Positions 63,220 through 64,000 of a DNA stretch of 64,000 nt are shown piece by piece (position 1 is the first letter of the stretch; every line of letters begins with the position of its first letter). The translations under genes and the position numbers were made by a program. The notes below the pieces were generated by a model. That model searched no databases and was not told the origin of the DNA. It saw only the letters and a list, made by a program, of their open reading frames with translations. The stretch spans positions 198,462,001-198,526,000 of the forward strand of contig OX597815.1 in NCBI GenBank assembly GCA_951406725.2, read 5' to 3'. This stretch comes from Octopus vulgaris. Taxonomy: Eukaryota.

Positions 63220-63622
63220 TAGGCGCAGCAGTGGCTGTTTGATAAGAAGCTTACTGCCCAACTACATGGTTCCAAGTTCAGTCCCAGTGCTTAGCATCTT
63301 GAGCAGGTGTCTTCTACTATAGCCTCGAGCTGAACAAAGCCTTGTGAGTGGATTTGGTAGACGGAAACTGAATGAAGCCCATCAAACCTATGTGTGCGTG
63401 TATGTATGTGTGTTCGTGCGTGTGTGTGTGTATGTGTTTGTGTGTTTGTGTTTGTGTTTGTCCCCCCGCCAACGATTGACAACAGACGTTGCAGTGTTTA
63501 CGTCCCCGTCACATAGAATTAGTACTAGGGTTACAAAGTCCGGAGTCAATTTGTTCGACTAAAAGTCGTGCTCCTGTATGGCCGCAGTCAAATAAGTGAA
63601 ACAAGTTACAGAATAAAAGAGT
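63220..63622 (+). mobile_element. CORE-type tRNA-SINE, full length
   Basis: AGGCGCAGCAGTGGCTGTTTGATAAG head, B-box AAGTTCAGTCCCA, CORE-like CTTGAGCAGGTGTCTTCTACTATAGCC, internal (TG)n and AATAAAAGAG tail. Confidence 0.85.
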
Positions 63623-64000
63623 ACACACACAGACACACACACACATACACACACACACACATATATTTAAAGGAAAACTCTAACCACACAATCTATCTTA
63701 TTAGAGTCACGAAATAATTTATTGTAAATATGGGAAAGGTTAAGATACACGGGGCAATGTTTCATCAGTTGGCCAGAACAAACGGTTAGGTTGCATGTGT
63801 AACGATATTTGTAATCAGACGTAAACGGGTATCACAAACACAGTCCAAGAAGGTTCGGTACACAACAGCCTATATACTATTGCAGCAGTACTACAGTAGC
63901 ATGAATTCCTGGATGTATCAAATATTTTTTTTTATATTTCAAGCTTCAATTAATATTTCAAAGTTCATACGAAAAGCGGTCATTCATCAAATTGCACCTC

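Overview
AT-rich eukaryotic intergenic or intronic DNA with no host protein-coding exon that I can support. Almost all long ORFs in the track are translations of microsatellites. The repeat families (tRNA-derived CORE-type and Meta-domain-type SINEs, and OK/OR1/OR2-like modular SINEs) look like those of an octopus (coleoid cephalopod) genome. That assignment comes from recall, not from a search. The window holds many SINEs, decayed RTE, Penelope-like (PLE) RT, mariner and L1/Tx1-type ORF1 remnants, and one 100-N assembly gap. The main discovery is 18 hand-folded type I hammerhead ribozyme (HHR) motifs between 22.3 and 60.9 kb, belonging to about 11 different short non-coding element families. 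Most sit in or next to (TA)n tracts. They occur as retrozyme-like tandem arrays (about 355-nt and 482-nt units), as divergent inverted pairs or palindromes, or as solo copies with an inverted tail. Many carry recurrent non-canonical cores (U4C, C3U, A9C, A6U) while all stems remain intact. Other notable items are Meta-SINE multimers with a fixed junction in a hairpin loop, two ORF1-only retroposon copies, and a pre-miRNA-like hairpin. All structures were folded by eye. Element boundaries are approximate, while HHR coordinates were counted base by base.
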